A stretch of 63,892 nt of DNA, the filler included, from Octopus bimaculoides (lineage: Eukaryota), in NCBI RefSeq assembly GCF_001194135.2. It is 4 parts of 4 records of this genome, joined end to end, with 100 filler letters (N's around TTAATTAATTAA, not from the genome) between each part and the next. Parts side by side here need not be neighbours in the genome. Positions count along the whole stretch, not along the records: positions 1 to 19,751 come from NC_069003.1; positions 19,852 to 34,659 come from NC_068996.1; 2 more parts are not named here. One strand, 5' to 3'. The notes under the pieces were generated by a model. The model had not been told where the DNA came from. It saw only the letters and a list, made by a program, of their open reading frames with translations, and did not search any database. Position 1 is the first letter of the stretch. Each line of letters begins with the position of its first letter. A program made the translations under genes and the position numbers. Shown here piece after piece: positions 14,326-27,995 of the stretch.

Positions 14326-15179
14326 ACACGACCGCCTATGTGTATAGATGTAGATATGTTTTGAAATGTGTTTGTAACTAAGACGTTTTATGTTTGAGTT
14401 GGAGATGTGTGTTTCCCGTATTTTACGTTGCATGCTGAATGAAGTTAAAAGTCAGTTCTACTCACGGAATAGTAACAATTGTTTTGGTGTGAATTATTAC
14501 TTTTACGTATAAAGCAAGAAATAAAACGCAGCTTGCACAAATGGATTAAAGTGATACCTATTAAGACCAATTTGATTAGAAAATGATTGGCTTGTGTACT
14601 GTAACTATTTGTTTAGCAAAGACTGTTTATTTTAAGATAACAAAATGCTATGTCATTTGTTGCTGTATTGAAATACCTTACTGTGCTATTCATTGTTTTC
14701 CCCTTCCGTCATTTAAAAGGTCGGAAAGGACTAAAATCTTGTCTGTTGTTCCATCCATTAGATATTATTGATTTTAACATAATACCAAATCTTTCAGTCT
14801 TTGTCGAGTAACTGTTGTGTCAACGCTATTTTATTAACGTCAGTTATAATCATTCAGTGAGAAAAACAGCTTGACTGGTTTATGAATGTGTAGTCTAAAT
14901 GTGTTTCCTTTCTTCTGCAATCGCAAAGTGGTCTTAAATACAATTTGGTCATGAATGTCACTGGTGTGTCGTTGTTATCACTCAGATATCTATTATGTTC
15001 TGTTGTCAAGATTTAAATTCTCTTTTCTGAAATGAAAAACCACTTCTTAACTTTTTGAATATGAAATCACTATAGCCGCCGATATCCCTGCGCCACCAGT
15101 GCCTTCTAAGGAAATTTGGGAGACAGGAGCTGTCTGGAAACCCGTCGTATATAAATATACGCTCACACGCACATTTCAA

Positions 15180-15545
15180 TTCATAAGTTTTTGTGCTTGC
15201 TTTAGTGTTTGGATTACAGCCATGCTACGGCATCGCCTCGATAGATTTAGTCGAAATATCGACGCTGGTACTTATGTTTTTAAGTCTAGTACTTACTTGT
15301 TCTATCTGTCACTTTTTACCGAACAACTAAGAGACGGGGATGGAAACAAACCATCACCTATTGTTAGGCAGTGGAGGCCAAGCATCACACAAGGACACAC
15401 GTACGACGAGTACACACATTGATCACACATTGATACATATATATATCATATAGATTTTCCTTCTATCAAATCCTCCCACAAGCCTTTAGTCGAGCAGATC
15501 TACGGTGGAAGACACTTGCTCAAAGTGCCGCACAACTGGACTGGT
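15180..15545 (-). mobile_element. SINE family A, diverged
   Basis: Reverse-complement homology to the family A tail and head. Confidence 0.7.
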
Positions 15546-16414
15546 GTCTATGGTTGGTTGTATTAATTGTCTTGTGCATCGTATATTCATGGATCTCTTA
15601 ATTAAAGTAATTAAGAAGATAGTTGCGCATATGTAATTTTCCTAGGATTTGATTTACATTGTCAACACTCGGTTTCCGATGAAGGATTATGAAGGCTTAA
15701 GAATAAGGGAGTTCTTTCTTATTGCTCTATTTCGGATTATCATATTCTGATGACCACACCTTCGCACAAAGAATTCTACATCTACAATTTCTTTGACGTT
15801 GCAGTTGCTTTCAAGACCAGGAGCATGAACGAAATCAGAAAATGATTTCATTTTTTTTTTTTGCTAGTTTCGTTTATTCATTGTTGTTCATATTTTCTTT
15901 TTAATTTAAATCTAAATTAAAGTGCACGCTAAAAATGGTTACGTGTGTGTGTGTGTGTGCGCGTGCGTGTGTGTATGTGCGTCTGTGTGCGCGCGTGGGC
16001 GTGCATCAATGCATAGTTAGAACAAGTAATTCTGTTCATCAGTTGTGGAGGGGGTTCGATATTTATGTTCGTTGGTTTGATTTAGTATGAGTAGTATGTA
16101 TGAGATTTGGTAGTCAGCAAACACACATATATGTGTATATATGTATATCTATACATATATANNNNNNNNNNNNNNNNNNNNNNNNNNNNNNNNNNNNNNN
16201 NNNNNNNNNNNNNNNNNNNNNNNNNNNNNNNNNNNNNNNNNNNNNNNNNNNNNNNNNNNNNNNNNNNNNNNNNNNNNNNNNNNNNNNNNNNNNNNNNNNN
16301 NNNNNNNNNNNNNNNNNNNNNNNNNNNNNNNNNNNNNNNNNNNNNNNNNNNNNNNNNNNNNNNNNNNNNNNNNNNNNNNNNNNNNNNNNNNNNNNNNNNN
16401 NNNNNNNNNNNNNN

Positions 16415-16687
16415 CCACACAGATTGCACCTCTGATTTGCACTACCAATACCTGCAAGTAAGTTCTGCTCATTGTGGATCCTAACATGTCTTTTAAGACC
16501 CCCATTGGATTTGCAAACCCTCTGGCACACACCACATTCAAACGTGTGCACAGACATATAATCAGAATAGCTGGATGAGGTTTGTTTTCCATGGGTTCGC
16601 AGGTGAGATTTGAGGCCAGCCAAGGACAGACATGGTCTGTCACAGACTGTGCACACAAAAAGGTCCTTGTCATTTACCTTCTCAGTC

Positions 16688-16692
<5 letters not shown>
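16415..16692 (-). mobile_element. Tandem C2H2 zinc-finger coding segment (likely LINE ORF2 C-terminus; ZNF exon not excluded)
   Basis: Encodes CTVCDRPCLSLAGLKSHLRTH and CGVCQRVCKSNGGLKRHVRIH, with a third finger (CNLC) cut by the N gap. The frame is open and lacks TGEKP linkers. Confidence 0.55.
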
Positions 16693-16719
<27 letters not shown>

Positions 16720-17335
16720 CATACATACATACATACATGACACTGGTGTTTGATTTAGATGGAATTAGGTTTCAACAGACAAGTAAATAATTCGTAATTT
16801 ATAAAAAAAAAAAGTATTTCTCTGATTTATTGGACGAGTAATTCTACGAGAGAAAAAAAGTGATGAAACGTATGTTATGAATACCTATCGGATGTGAAAA
16901 AACAAGACAAGCATAAAACTTGCTATTATCTAAAAGAAAACTGAAGATGAAAGTTAGAAAAAAAATTCTTATGGATTATTTCACAAGAAGTTGACCAAAA
17001 GTCTACCACTGCGTAGCGATAAAAAAATATATGAAAACAAATATCTACATTAGAGAGAAAACAGTTGAAGGAGAGTGTCTCGACGAGTGTAAAAAAATTA
17101 TACCGCGTATAGAAATGTTTCTATGCAATAAAATATCAATCCTATATATATATATGTGTGTGTGTGTGTGTATGTATATGTATGTATGTATGTATGTATA
17201 TTATAAAAAGAAACAGAATGATGATTTACATGTATCTATTTCTCTAATCTGGTATACACGGTTGGTGTGTATTTGAGCGTATTCAAATCCGCTTTTTTCT
17301 TTTAACTCTCTCACACTTACTCATTCTCTCACTCG

Positions 17336-17412
<77 letters not shown>

Positions 17413-17565
17413 TGGAGACCTAATTCCGTCTAAATCAAATACCAGTGTCATTATGTATGCATTTATGATGTATGGTATCTATCTATCCATCCATTCATCT
17501 ATTTATTGATATATCTATCTATCTATCTATCTATCTTTCTATCTATTGATCTATCTATCTATTTA

Positions 17566-17659
<94 letters not shown>

Positions 17660-18183
17660 ACTATATATATTCTGAAAGCTGTCTATCAAATTTAACTTTC
17701 AAGAGTGGTTTTAAACAAGAGGACCTGGCCTAAAATGCTTAGCAATGGGTTCAATCTCGGAAGTTGGTTTTACATGTACAATCAACTCTGTCTTCATATA
17801 AGAGTTAATTTTCACCATAGTAACACTAAGTTGAACTCTAGCCCTTGCATGCTCTTAGAAAGTAAGAGAAATCATTTACATCATATTCAAAATCGAAACG
17901 TGAGTGAGAATGATAGGGGAGGGCATAGAGAAAGAGATGTGGACTGACATGCATATTATTTGTACCAGTCTTAAACCCCCGAGAAATAATCTTACCTTTC
18001 AAATCTCATTGTTTCCATTAAAAAAGGCATTAAATATTACAGAATGCACTCCACAATAAACCAGCCGTAAAGATAAGATATTCACAACGAGAATGCCTTT
18101 GAGCAGAGATGAAAAAACAAAAACAAAAAATAACAAACGCTAACCTGGGATTTAAAAGCAACAACGTTTTTGATTGAATAAAG

Positions 18184-18279
18184 AAGCAATTGGTGCAGTA
18201 GCCGACCTGTTATCTGGTAAACTTGAAACTGGATGTGGCACGGATTTTGAGATATTTCGGTTTCTTAAAGACAGCCTAA
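18184..18279 (+). CDS. Candidate 96-nt phase 1-1 exon
   Basis: Open, protein-like AIGAVADLLSGKLETGCGTDFEIFRFLKDSL with a GTATGT donor; the acceptor is weak. Confidence 0.25.
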
Positions 18280-18859
18280 GTATGTACTTAATTATAAAAT
18301 AAACTATGAAAAGTAAATAACTAAATAGTATTTTTATTTAAATATTTTCAGTGTTTCAGTGCTATGTATGAAAATGTCTTTTGTTTGTTCTAGGGCGTGT
18401 CTTATCGACATCTTCTATTGAATGTCGTCTAGTAAAGAAAATATTTTTCAAAAGTATCTTTTATTTTTTTCTATAAAAATGACAGATAAAAGGCTAAAAG
18501 AAAACTTCTCACCTCCTAGAGTAACAACCCCGTCTAGTAAGATGCTTAAATAGCAATCCTAGTTTTGGAAATCTCGGGAAATTGTAAAGCTTAAACGACA
18601 GAACAAAGAGGGCTGTCTTATGAACACCAATTGTAAAAACAACGATATTTACAGAAAAAGACATTTTCAAAATAGCTTCGCTATCTAATATTTAATACAA
18701 AATGTCGGACTGACGCACCTACTCCAACGATTATATACATTTGCATCTCAACACACGTGAAGAGAGTAAAGATTACAAATGCTATTCAATCATTTAAAAA
18801 TGGATAACGTATCTAGGGGTTTTGGAGGCAAATAAACGTACATTTGATGACTCATAAAA

Positions 18860-19140
18860 CAGTATCACCATCGTCGTCGTCGTCATCATCATCTTCATCA
18901 ACATTGTCATCGTCAACATTGTCATCGTCAACATCATCATCATCATCATCATCATCATTGTCGTTATCATCACCATCATCTACAACAATATCGTCGTCGT
19001 CGTCATTATCATCATCACCATCATCATCATCATCAACATTATCATCAACATTGTCGTCATCAACATCATCATCATCAACATTATCGTGGTCGTCGTCGTC
19101 GTCGTCATAATCATCATTATCATCAACCTCAACATTGACC
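18860..19140. repeat. Degenerate (ATC/GTC/ACA) trinucleotide array
   Basis: Seen directly in the sequence; it explains the poly-Ser and poly-Asp ORFs. Confidence 0.95.
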
Positions 19141-19675
19141 ACATCCCCCGGAAGCAAGACTAATAATGTCATTCATTCATTAAAGCCACAGCTATTATAA
19201 TCGTTATTAATGTTGTTATCGTAATAATCGTCCCAGCCACCATCATTGACATACTAAGAATAATATTGATGAGGATCATCGAAAATGATAATGCAAAATT
19301 CCTATGGGATGTTTTATATTTGAGATTTTGAAATCGCCATTTTCTAGTTTGTCGAAATTGCTTTCAATTTCTGTGGTAGCGATGAGTGAAGAGAGGCACA
19401 ATTCACAATATAGTCGGCATTGATTACGCCCCGCTACCACCAACGTAAATATTATAAAAATAGCATAAACGCAGATATTTTTAAAACAACACACACAAAA
19501 GAAGCGAAAATGGCAGTTATACAGTGTTGCAATTACAATCAGCCATTTATGACTTGACAAATAGAAGCCAAAATTTTAATTTTCATACTAGATTTAGTAA
19601 TGCTAAGGCATGACTACGTGGATAAGAAACATAACAACATGGCTGCGTAAACATAATGCCGGTGGAGACAGACAG

Positions 19676-19751
<76 letters not shown>

Positions 19752-19851
19752 NNNNNNNNNNNNNNNNNNNNNNNNNNNNNNNNNNNNNNNNNNNNTTAAT
19801 TAATTAANNNNNNNNNNNNNNNNNNNNNNNNNNNNNNNNNNNNNNNNNNNN
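19752..19851. other. Scaffolding spacer 44N-TTAATTAATTAA-44N
   Basis: The identical 100-bp construct occurs three times in the window. Confidence 0.95.
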
Positions 19852-21164
19852 AGGAAAAAGAGAATGAAGAGTATATAACATACTAGAGAATATATGAATT
19901 CTAAGAAACTATTTTAAGTCTATTTCAACTATTTCAACAATGATGGGGTTACAGCCCAGAGAGAGAGTGTGGAGAGAGAGAGAGTGGAGAGAGAAAGAGT
20001 GGAGAGAGAGAGAAAGAGTGGAGAGAGAGAGAAAGTGGAGAGAGAGAGAGAGTGGAGAGAGAGAGAGTGAGTGGAGAGAGAGAGAGAGAGAGAGTGGGGA
20101 GAGAGAGAGAGTGGAGAGAAAGAGAGTTAGAGGGAATTCTTTAGCTTCTAAGAGAGAAACCAGCTCCCTGAGCTTACTATGTATTATATATTCTTTCACC
20201 ACCACAACCACTTCTTGTACTGTTAACAAAAACTCTCAACCAAACATCAAATGGCATTTCATCATTGCTCTATCTGCTAACTACTCCTGAACATGTGCAT
20301 ATTTAAAGCCTTGGTTCTCTGGCAGACAGCATAACAGAGATACCACTGCACCTGTACCATTATTTCTACTGAGCACTTGTTCTTTCCTTACATACCAAGC
20401 AAAGACATCTCTCAGACAAAAACACCAAGATTATAAGCTTTCTCTCTGACTAGAACTTAGGTTTGTTTCTTAGAAACAGAGCAGTATGAACATCAGAGAA
20501 AGAATTTCTTGTCAAAAGAGTGGTTGACCCTCCCGAAACAAACTACGAAATTTGGCCACATTGAACCAAATTATGTCCTTCCTTTTTAAAAATTCGTGAT
20601 TTGGAGGAAATTTGGCTGACATTTCTAGCAGCTCTTATGACTCACTTAATAAGTTAATGTGTTGTTGCTATACTGGTGGTTGTTTCTGAGGAAAGTAATC
20701 AGTAAAAGAAAGAGAAAGAGAATGACAGAGGACAGAAGTGAAAGAGAAAGAGAGCGAAAGAGAGAGAGAAAGAGAGCGAAAGAGAGAGAGAGAGAGGTGG
20801 GGGGGTGCAGTTTTTGGCAATGTTTTCTTTTGAGTAAGAATGGAGTTATGTTGAAATCCAAGAAAGGTGCAACAGCAGTTAAGGAGAGAAATGGATTCCA
20901 CAATTCTCAGATCAGTCGATGAATGTGTTTTGTTACTTTCAGCAGTTGTTTATTTAGTTGCATTTTTTTTTTTTTATTGGGTTTTTTTTTCCATAAACTG
21001 TTAATGACACAGGAAAAAAAAAATCAACGGCGTAGGTACAAGTAAATGAGAATATGAATTTGTGGGGGAAGGACATTGAGTAAATGAAAGGAGAGAGAGA
21101 GAGGGGGAGAGGGAGGAAGGAGAGGAAGAGACAGATAAAAAAAGAAAAAGTGAGGCAATTATGT

Positions 21165-21630
21165 ATGTGCATGTACGTGGCTGTGTGGTAAGAAGCTTGC
21201 TTCCCAACCAACATGGTTCCAGGTTCAGTCCCACTGCATGGCACCTTGGGCAAGTGTATTCTACGATAGACTTGGGCCGACCAAAGCCTTATGAGTGGAT
21301 TTGGTAGACGGAAACGGAAAGAAGCCTTTCATATATGTGTGTGTGTGTGTGTGTGTATATATACACACACACACACACACACATACACACATATCTATGT
21401 ATGTACTTATATGTGTGTCTTTGTGTCTGTGTTTGTCACCCCCACCATCGCTTGACAACTGGTGTTAGTGTGTTTACATCCCCATAACTTAACAGTTTGG
21501 CAAAAGTAACTGATAGAATAAGTACTAAGCTTTAAAAATAAGTCCTGAGATCAATTTGTTCAACTAAAACCCCTTCAAGGTGGTGCTCCAGCATGGCTGC
21601 AGTCAAATGACTAAAACAATTAAAAAGAAT
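21165..21630 (+). mobile_element. SINE family A, full length, diverged
   Basis: Collinear with 40176-40580. Confidence 0.85.
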
Positions 21631-22123
21631 AAAAGAAAAAAATGAAAGAACGTGTGTGTGTGTGTGAGTATGCATGACCATGTGTACAGATTACATATAA
21701 ACATATGCATAGGTATGTATATATAGAAATCGACAGTCACTAATAATTACTTCTGGCATTCTGTAGACCCCTACAAAAAGCAAAGATATTTTCATTGAAA
21801 GTTTGTGTGTGTGTGTACTGTGCATGTGTGTGTGTGTGCTGTGCATGTGTGTGTGCCTGCAAGCATGTGCATGTACACCATTTAAGTACATCACTACCTA
21901 CTTATTTAAATTTATGTCATTGACCAGCCCACTTAATTTATTTCCATCATCATCGCTGTGTTGTTTTTTTTTTTTACGTCCCCTTGGTGGTTCAGCAAAA
22001 GTGACCAAGAGAATAAGTACCAGGTTTGGAAATAATTCTTGGGGTAGATTCATTTGACTAGAAACTCTTCAAGGTGATGCTCCAGCATGACTACAGTCTA
22101 ATGACTGAAACAAGTAAAAGATA

Positions 22124-22165
<42 letters not shown>

Positions 22166-22699
22166 AAAAGGTGCAGGAATGGTTACATGGTGAAGAAGTT
22201 CACTGCAGAACTGTCATTCAGAGTTCATTCCCACTATGCAGACACTGTTAGCTAGTGTCTTCTACTACAACATGGGCTGACAAATGTTGTGAGTAAAATC
22301 TGGTTGATAGAAACTGGAACAAGCCCATTGTATAAATGTGTGTGTATATGTGAATGTGTGTGTGTGTGTGTGTGTGCATAGGTGAGTATGAGTATGTTGT
22401 GTTCCCCTTGTCTAGACATGCATGAGCTGATTGTAAATGGAATCGCTGACAATACAAACAATCTCATTTGCTGGTAATTCTCTTTAAAAACCATGCTCAG
22501 ACCATTCAATATTTGATAGACAAGGGGAAATATTGCTTCAGTTGGAAACAGGTAAGGGTTAGAGACAAACATAAGAATATCTGCTCACATAAAATTATTG
22601 AATGACCCATGCAAGCATGGAAAAGTACAAATTAAAATGAGGATGATGACAACAGTTATATANNNNNNNNNNNNNNNNNNNNNNNNNTATATATATCGT

Positions 22700-22890
22700 G
22701 GCACTATGTTGGTTACAACGACAAGGGTTCCAGTTGATCCGATCAATGGAACAGCCTGCTCGTGAAATTAACATACAAGTAGCTGAGCACTCCACAGACA
22801 CATGTACCCTTAATGTAATTCTTGGAGGAGATTCAACATGATACAGAGTGTGACAAAGCTGGCCCTTTGAAATACAGGGTGAAAGAGTAG
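22700..22890 (+). mobile_element. SINE-like interspersed repeat central domain
   Basis: GC-richer block ggttccagttgatccgatcaatggaacagcctgctcgtgaaattaac... recognised as an octopus interspersed repeat. It is a single copy in this window. Confidence 0.4.
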
Positions 22891-23941
22891 AGCAGAGTTC
22901 GCCACCACCCCTTGTTGGAGCCTTGTGGAGCTTTAGGTGTTTACATTCAATTAACACTCACAACATTTGGTCTGGGAATCAAAACCATGATCCTATGACT
23001 GCAAGTCCGCTGCCCTAACCACCAGGCCATTAGGTGCAGGAGTAGCTCTATGGTAAGAAGTTTGCTTCCCAACCACATGGTTTTAGGTACTGTCCCACTC
23101 TGTGGTACCTTGGGAAAGTGTCTTCTACAATAATAGCCTCGGTGTCCCAGCATGGCTGCAGTCTAATGACTGAAACAAGTAAAAGAATAAAAGGTTTTAA
23201 AAAATGAAATTTTTGAAATATCAATAAGATCATTTGCTTTCTATTCTTCCTAATATATTTTGCTCTGAACATTTGTTTTAGCTCATTCCAAACTTTATGC
23301 AATATCAACTGTTTGCATTGCAGAAATTGAGCTCTAGAATTCTGAGGATATGAACTTTTCTTGTAGATTAGCACTAATTATATATATATATATATATNNN
23401 NNNNNNNNNNNNNNNNNNNNNNNNNNNNNNNNNNNNNNNNNNNNNNNNNNNNNNNNNNNNNNNNNNNNNNNNNNNNNNNNNNNNNNNNNNNNNNNNNNNN
23501 NNNNNNNNNNNNNNNNNNNNNNNNNNNNNNNNNNNNNNNNNNNNNNNNNNNNNNNNNNNNNNNNNNNNNNNNNNNNNNNNNNNNNNNNNNNNNNNNNNNN
23601 NNNNNNNNNNNNNNNNNNNNNNNNNNNNNNNNNNNNNNNNNNNNNNNNNNNNNNNNNNNNNNNNNNNNNNNNNNNNNNNNNNNNNNNNNNNNNNNNNNNN
23701 NNNNNNNNNNNNNNNNNNNNNNNNNNNNNNNNNNNNNNNNNNNNNNNNNNNNNNNNNNNNNNNNNNNNNNNNNNNNNNNNNNNNNNNNNNNNNNNNNNNN
23801 NNNNNNNNNNNNNNNNNNNNNNNNNNNNNNNNNNNNNNNNNNNNNNNNNNNNNNNNNNNNNNNNNNNNNNNNNNNNNNNNNNNNNNNNNNNNNNNNNNNN
23901 NNNNNNNNNNNNNNNNNNNNNNNNNNNNNNNNNNNNNNNNN

Positions 23942-24007
<66 letters not shown>

Positions 24008-25087
24008 TTATATACACACATACATTACATATACATGCATGTAATGTGTGTGCTTGCTATCTGCTCACTTGTGGACAAGCAGCTGACTTAATGCTGGATG
24101 AATTCCAGTTCAAATATCAGTTTCACTAAACATTTCTCTATTAACACCATCACTATCAGGACCACCATGATGACAATGACAGTGATGACGATGATCACGA
24201 TGATCACCACCACCACCACCACCACCACCATTAATAACAATACCAGAATAACCATATGACCAACTAAACAATGCGAATCAAAAATAGAAAAGTTAGAGCA
24301 ATCATACTACAATTTAGTCTTGGAAACAATGATGATGATGATCATCATCATCATCATGGTGGTGATGGCGGGGGTGGTGGTGATGATAATGATTGTTTCC
24401 AATTTTGGAACAAGGCCAGCAATTTTGAGGAAATGAGGAAAGTTGATTACATGGACTTCACTAAGCATTTTGCCCAGCATGCTAACATTTCTGCCAGCTA
24501 GAACAAATGTTCTTTTCTACTCTAGGCCCAAGGCCCGAAATTTTGGGGGAGGGGGGGCAGCCAATTAGATCGGCCCCAGTATGCAACTGGTACTTAAGTT
24601 ATCAATCCCGAGAGGATGAAAGGCAAAGTCAACCTCAGTGGAATTTAAAATCAGAACATAAAGACAGACGAAATACCACTAAGCATTTTTGCCTGGTGTG
24701 CTAACATTTCTGCCAACTTGCCACCTTCAGCTACAACAAATATTGCAATGTATTTTGTCATATATTGTAATGATTTTGCCACAAAGTTTATAGGATTAAC
24801 AGGACAGTACATCAAGAAGTTACAAAAGTTCTCTTATTTACAGTAAAACTGAAACGGGGAAGAACAAAGAAAATGAAAATAAACAGTATATAAAATTCTA
24901 TAATGCTGCTAGTGGGGGGACTTTATATCACTCCTTCCTTTCTCCATTGCTTTTACTTTCTCTCTCTCTCTCAGTCAGGACTATTACTCTCACTACTTCT
25001 CCTTTACTGAATTACTATTTTCTCTCCTCTTCCTTTACTTATACTACTCTTTCTCCTACTCTGTCCTACTCCTACTCTGTGATTTCG

Positions 25088-25154
<67 letters not shown>

Positions 25155-25462
25155 ACACACACAAACACACAGAAATATATAAAAACACTACGCTCATTAT
25201 CATATTAGGAGATGATGATGACGATGATTCTTTATATGCAGGAGATAGTGACTTAAAGTATATTTTTTGAAACTTTTTTTTTAGGACATAGTACATATTG
25301 TGTTAATATGTAAAATGATATTAAGATGGCGTGCTGGTAGAACCATTAGTACATGGAGCAAAATGCTTAGCAGCATTTCATCTGTCTTCACATTCTGAGT
25401 TCAAATTCCAGCAAGATCAACTTTGCCTTTCAACCTTTTCAGGTTAATAAAATAACCATCAG

Positions 25463-25650
25463 TGCAGTGCCACATAAAAGCACCCAGCACACTGTGATAT
25501 GGTTGGTGTTAGGAAGGGCATCCAGCTATAGAAACTATGCCAAATCAGACTGGAGTCTGGTGTACCTCTTCAGTTTGCCAGCTCTGGTCAAACCATCCAA
25601 CCCATGCCAGCATGGACAACGGGTATTGAATGATGATGATGATGATGAGC
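25463..25650 (+). mobile_element. Dispersed retroposon tail, family D, ending in (GAT)n
   Basis: ttaggaagggcatccagc...aacccatgccagcatgga...atgatgatg. Copies at about 28000-28160, 43725-43890 (-), 44400-44575, 51850-51950, 54590-54810 and 58150-58300. Confidence 0.75.
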
Positions 25651-27282
25651 ACTGAGGTCAATGTAATCAACTTACTCCCTCCCCCTCTATAATTGCTAAC
25701 CATGTGCCAAAATTTGAACCTAATATGTAAAATAATGTGTAGATGAAAGTGTGGTTGTGTAATAACAAGTTTGCTTCCTAATCATATGATTTCACAGATT
25801 CTGTTCAACTGCATGGCACCTTGGGCAAGTATCTTCTACTGTAGCCTAGGCCAATCAAAACTTTGTGAATGGATTTGGGAGAGAGAAACTGAAAGAAGCA
25901 GCCTGCCATGTATAATTGTGTGTGTGTGTGTGTGATTGTTATTGTCATCTTTCCACGGCTTCAAAGATTAGTTGTAAATGAGCATCATCATCATCATCAT
26001 CATCATAGAAGTGGTGTTCCTTTTTTTCCAATCTTAATATATAAAGCTGAAGTTGTGTGTCTGTGTGAAGCCTTTTTGAAAGTTTATAGAAATCCACATT
26101 TTCCATTTTTCGTAAAAAATTTTTACATCAATGGAATTTTCTCGATCTGAACTTTCCAGTGCAGTGATTAGATTTTTAAAATTCCGTTTACTTTGTGTGA
26201 TTTAAGGGAGATTTGGCTGTTGTTTCTAGCGACTTTTATATTTCATCCCTTCTACCTGGAACGCCATTCTTACACACGCGCTCAACATAAGAATATAGAG
26301 AGTAAGAGTAAAAGAGGGAGAGGGAGAGAGAGAGAAAGTGATACATACAACGTCATAGNNNNNNNNNNNNNNNNNNNNNNNNNNNNNNNNNNNNNNNNNN
26401 NNNNNNNNNNNNNNNNNNNNNNNNNNNNNNNNNNNNNNNNNNNNNNNNNNNNNNNNNNNNNNNNNNNNNNNNNNNNNNNNNNNNNNNNNNNNNNNNNNNN
26501 NNNNNNNNNNNNNNNNNNNNNNNNNNNNNNNNNNNNNNNNNNNNNNNNNNNNNNNNNNNNNNNNNNNNNNNNNNNNNNNNNNNNNNNNNNNNNNNNNNNN
26601 NNNNNNNNNNNNNNNNNNNNNNNNNNNNNNNNNNNNNNNNNNNNNNNNNNNNNNNNNNNNNNNNNNNNNNNNNNNNNNNNNNNNNNNNNNNNNNNNNNNN
26701 NNNNNNNNNNNNNNNNNNNNNNNNNNNNNNNNNNNNNNNNNNNNNNNNNNNNNNNNNNNNNNNNNNNNNNNNNNNNNNNNNNNNNNNNNNNNNNNNNNNN
26801 NNNNNNNNNNNNNNNNNNNNNNNNNNNNNNNNNNNNNNNNNNNNNNNNNNNNNNNNNNNNNNNNNNNNNNNNNNNNNNNNNNNNNNNNNNNNNNNNNNNN
26901 NNNNNNNNNNNNNNNNNNNNNNNNNNNNNNNNNNNNNNNNNNNNNNNNNGATGTATGTACATTTCAAGCATGTAGGAATTTTGAAGGAAACAACTGCAGG
27001 TTATTTTTGAGAAGTGTTCCCCACTCGGTGGTGTTTCAGAGCAAGTCGTCCATATTTGTTTCATTTTTCTCTATTATGTGCTTATGTGCATCCTTAGATT
27101 TCTAATGAAGTAATAGGCAGTGAAGAGAAGCAGTCATAAGAAAACTTTTAACTACCCCTATTCCTTTCTCTCCCCCTCTCTACCTCTTCCTCTCTCAAAA
27201 GCATACACGTGCAAGTACACAATCATTCAGTAAAATATAACTCATGTTCGTCAATGTTTTGTAAATTTACCACGATTTTCAC

Positions 27283-27357
27283 TAGGGCGTTAGGGTTAGG
27301 GTTTTAGGGTCAGGGTTAGGGTTTAGGATTAATGTTATGGTTACATTTTTTAGGGTC

Positions 27358-27388
<31 letters not shown>

Positions 27389-27390
27389 GG
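27283..27390 (+). repeat. Interstitial degenerate (TTAGGG)n array
   Basis: TTAGGG, TTTAGGG and TCAGGG units flanked by the inverted repeat cacgatt (27271) / aatcgtg (27393). Confidence 0.9.
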
Positions 27391-27450
27391 GCAATCGTGC
27401 GGGTGTTAATCTGAAAAATTACAGATATGTGAAAAGTACCGACCCTGCCA

Positions 27451-27995
27451 TCTATTATAACTTTTGTTGTTCTGTTTAATATATACATAGATTATGCCTC
27501 CAAAGAAGAGAGTTTGCTGGGGAAAGACAGTAACCGGTTTAAAATGACAGCCACAGACTGCAGCAATTCATCACATTCCAGTAGCTACTTTGAACATAAT
27601 GCAAAATGGTGCATCAACACCTTCTGCCAAATCTGATAGAATTCTGGCAAAACTGTTTAGCAACAGATCGCCAGCAATTGCTTCATCACAAATTGCCATC
27701 CTAGCTCCTGTGAAAAGGGATTACCCTGCTATGTATAATCAGGGCAGCGCAAAAAGTTGTTTTGCATTTCTATAGCCAATTACACGGATGAAATTTACGT
27801 ATGCTTAATAATTTTACGCAAAACAGCCTTCAGACTTTCCCTATTAATTTCATTGTCTTTTGAATTATGAACATATTTACATCATAAGGGTTTTTTCGTT
27901 GTAAGGCTTTCTTTTTTAGTTGATTTTCAGCTAGCAAGACTTATTGTAGATGGCATAATAAGTCACACCCGGACAAGGTCGGGTTATGCTGCTAG
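27451..27995 (+). mobile_element. Non-autonomous Helitron
   Basis: 5' A|TCTATTATAA, internal MPPKKR... ORF start at 27494, 3' hairpin acccggac-aag-gtcgggt about 10 nt before CTAG|T. Confidence 0.65.

Noticed and set aside
18844-19172. Poly-Ser and poly-Asp ORFs
   Set aside because: Trinucleotide microsatellite.
19796-19807. TTAATTAATTAA palindrome recurring three times
   Set aside because: Always centred in 44+44 N, so it is an assembly spacer with stops in all six frames, not biology.
23334-27064. Long ORFs spanning N runs (also near 1215-1783, 4656-5255, 32648-33220, 55233-56471)
   Set aside because: Artefacts of translating N gaps.
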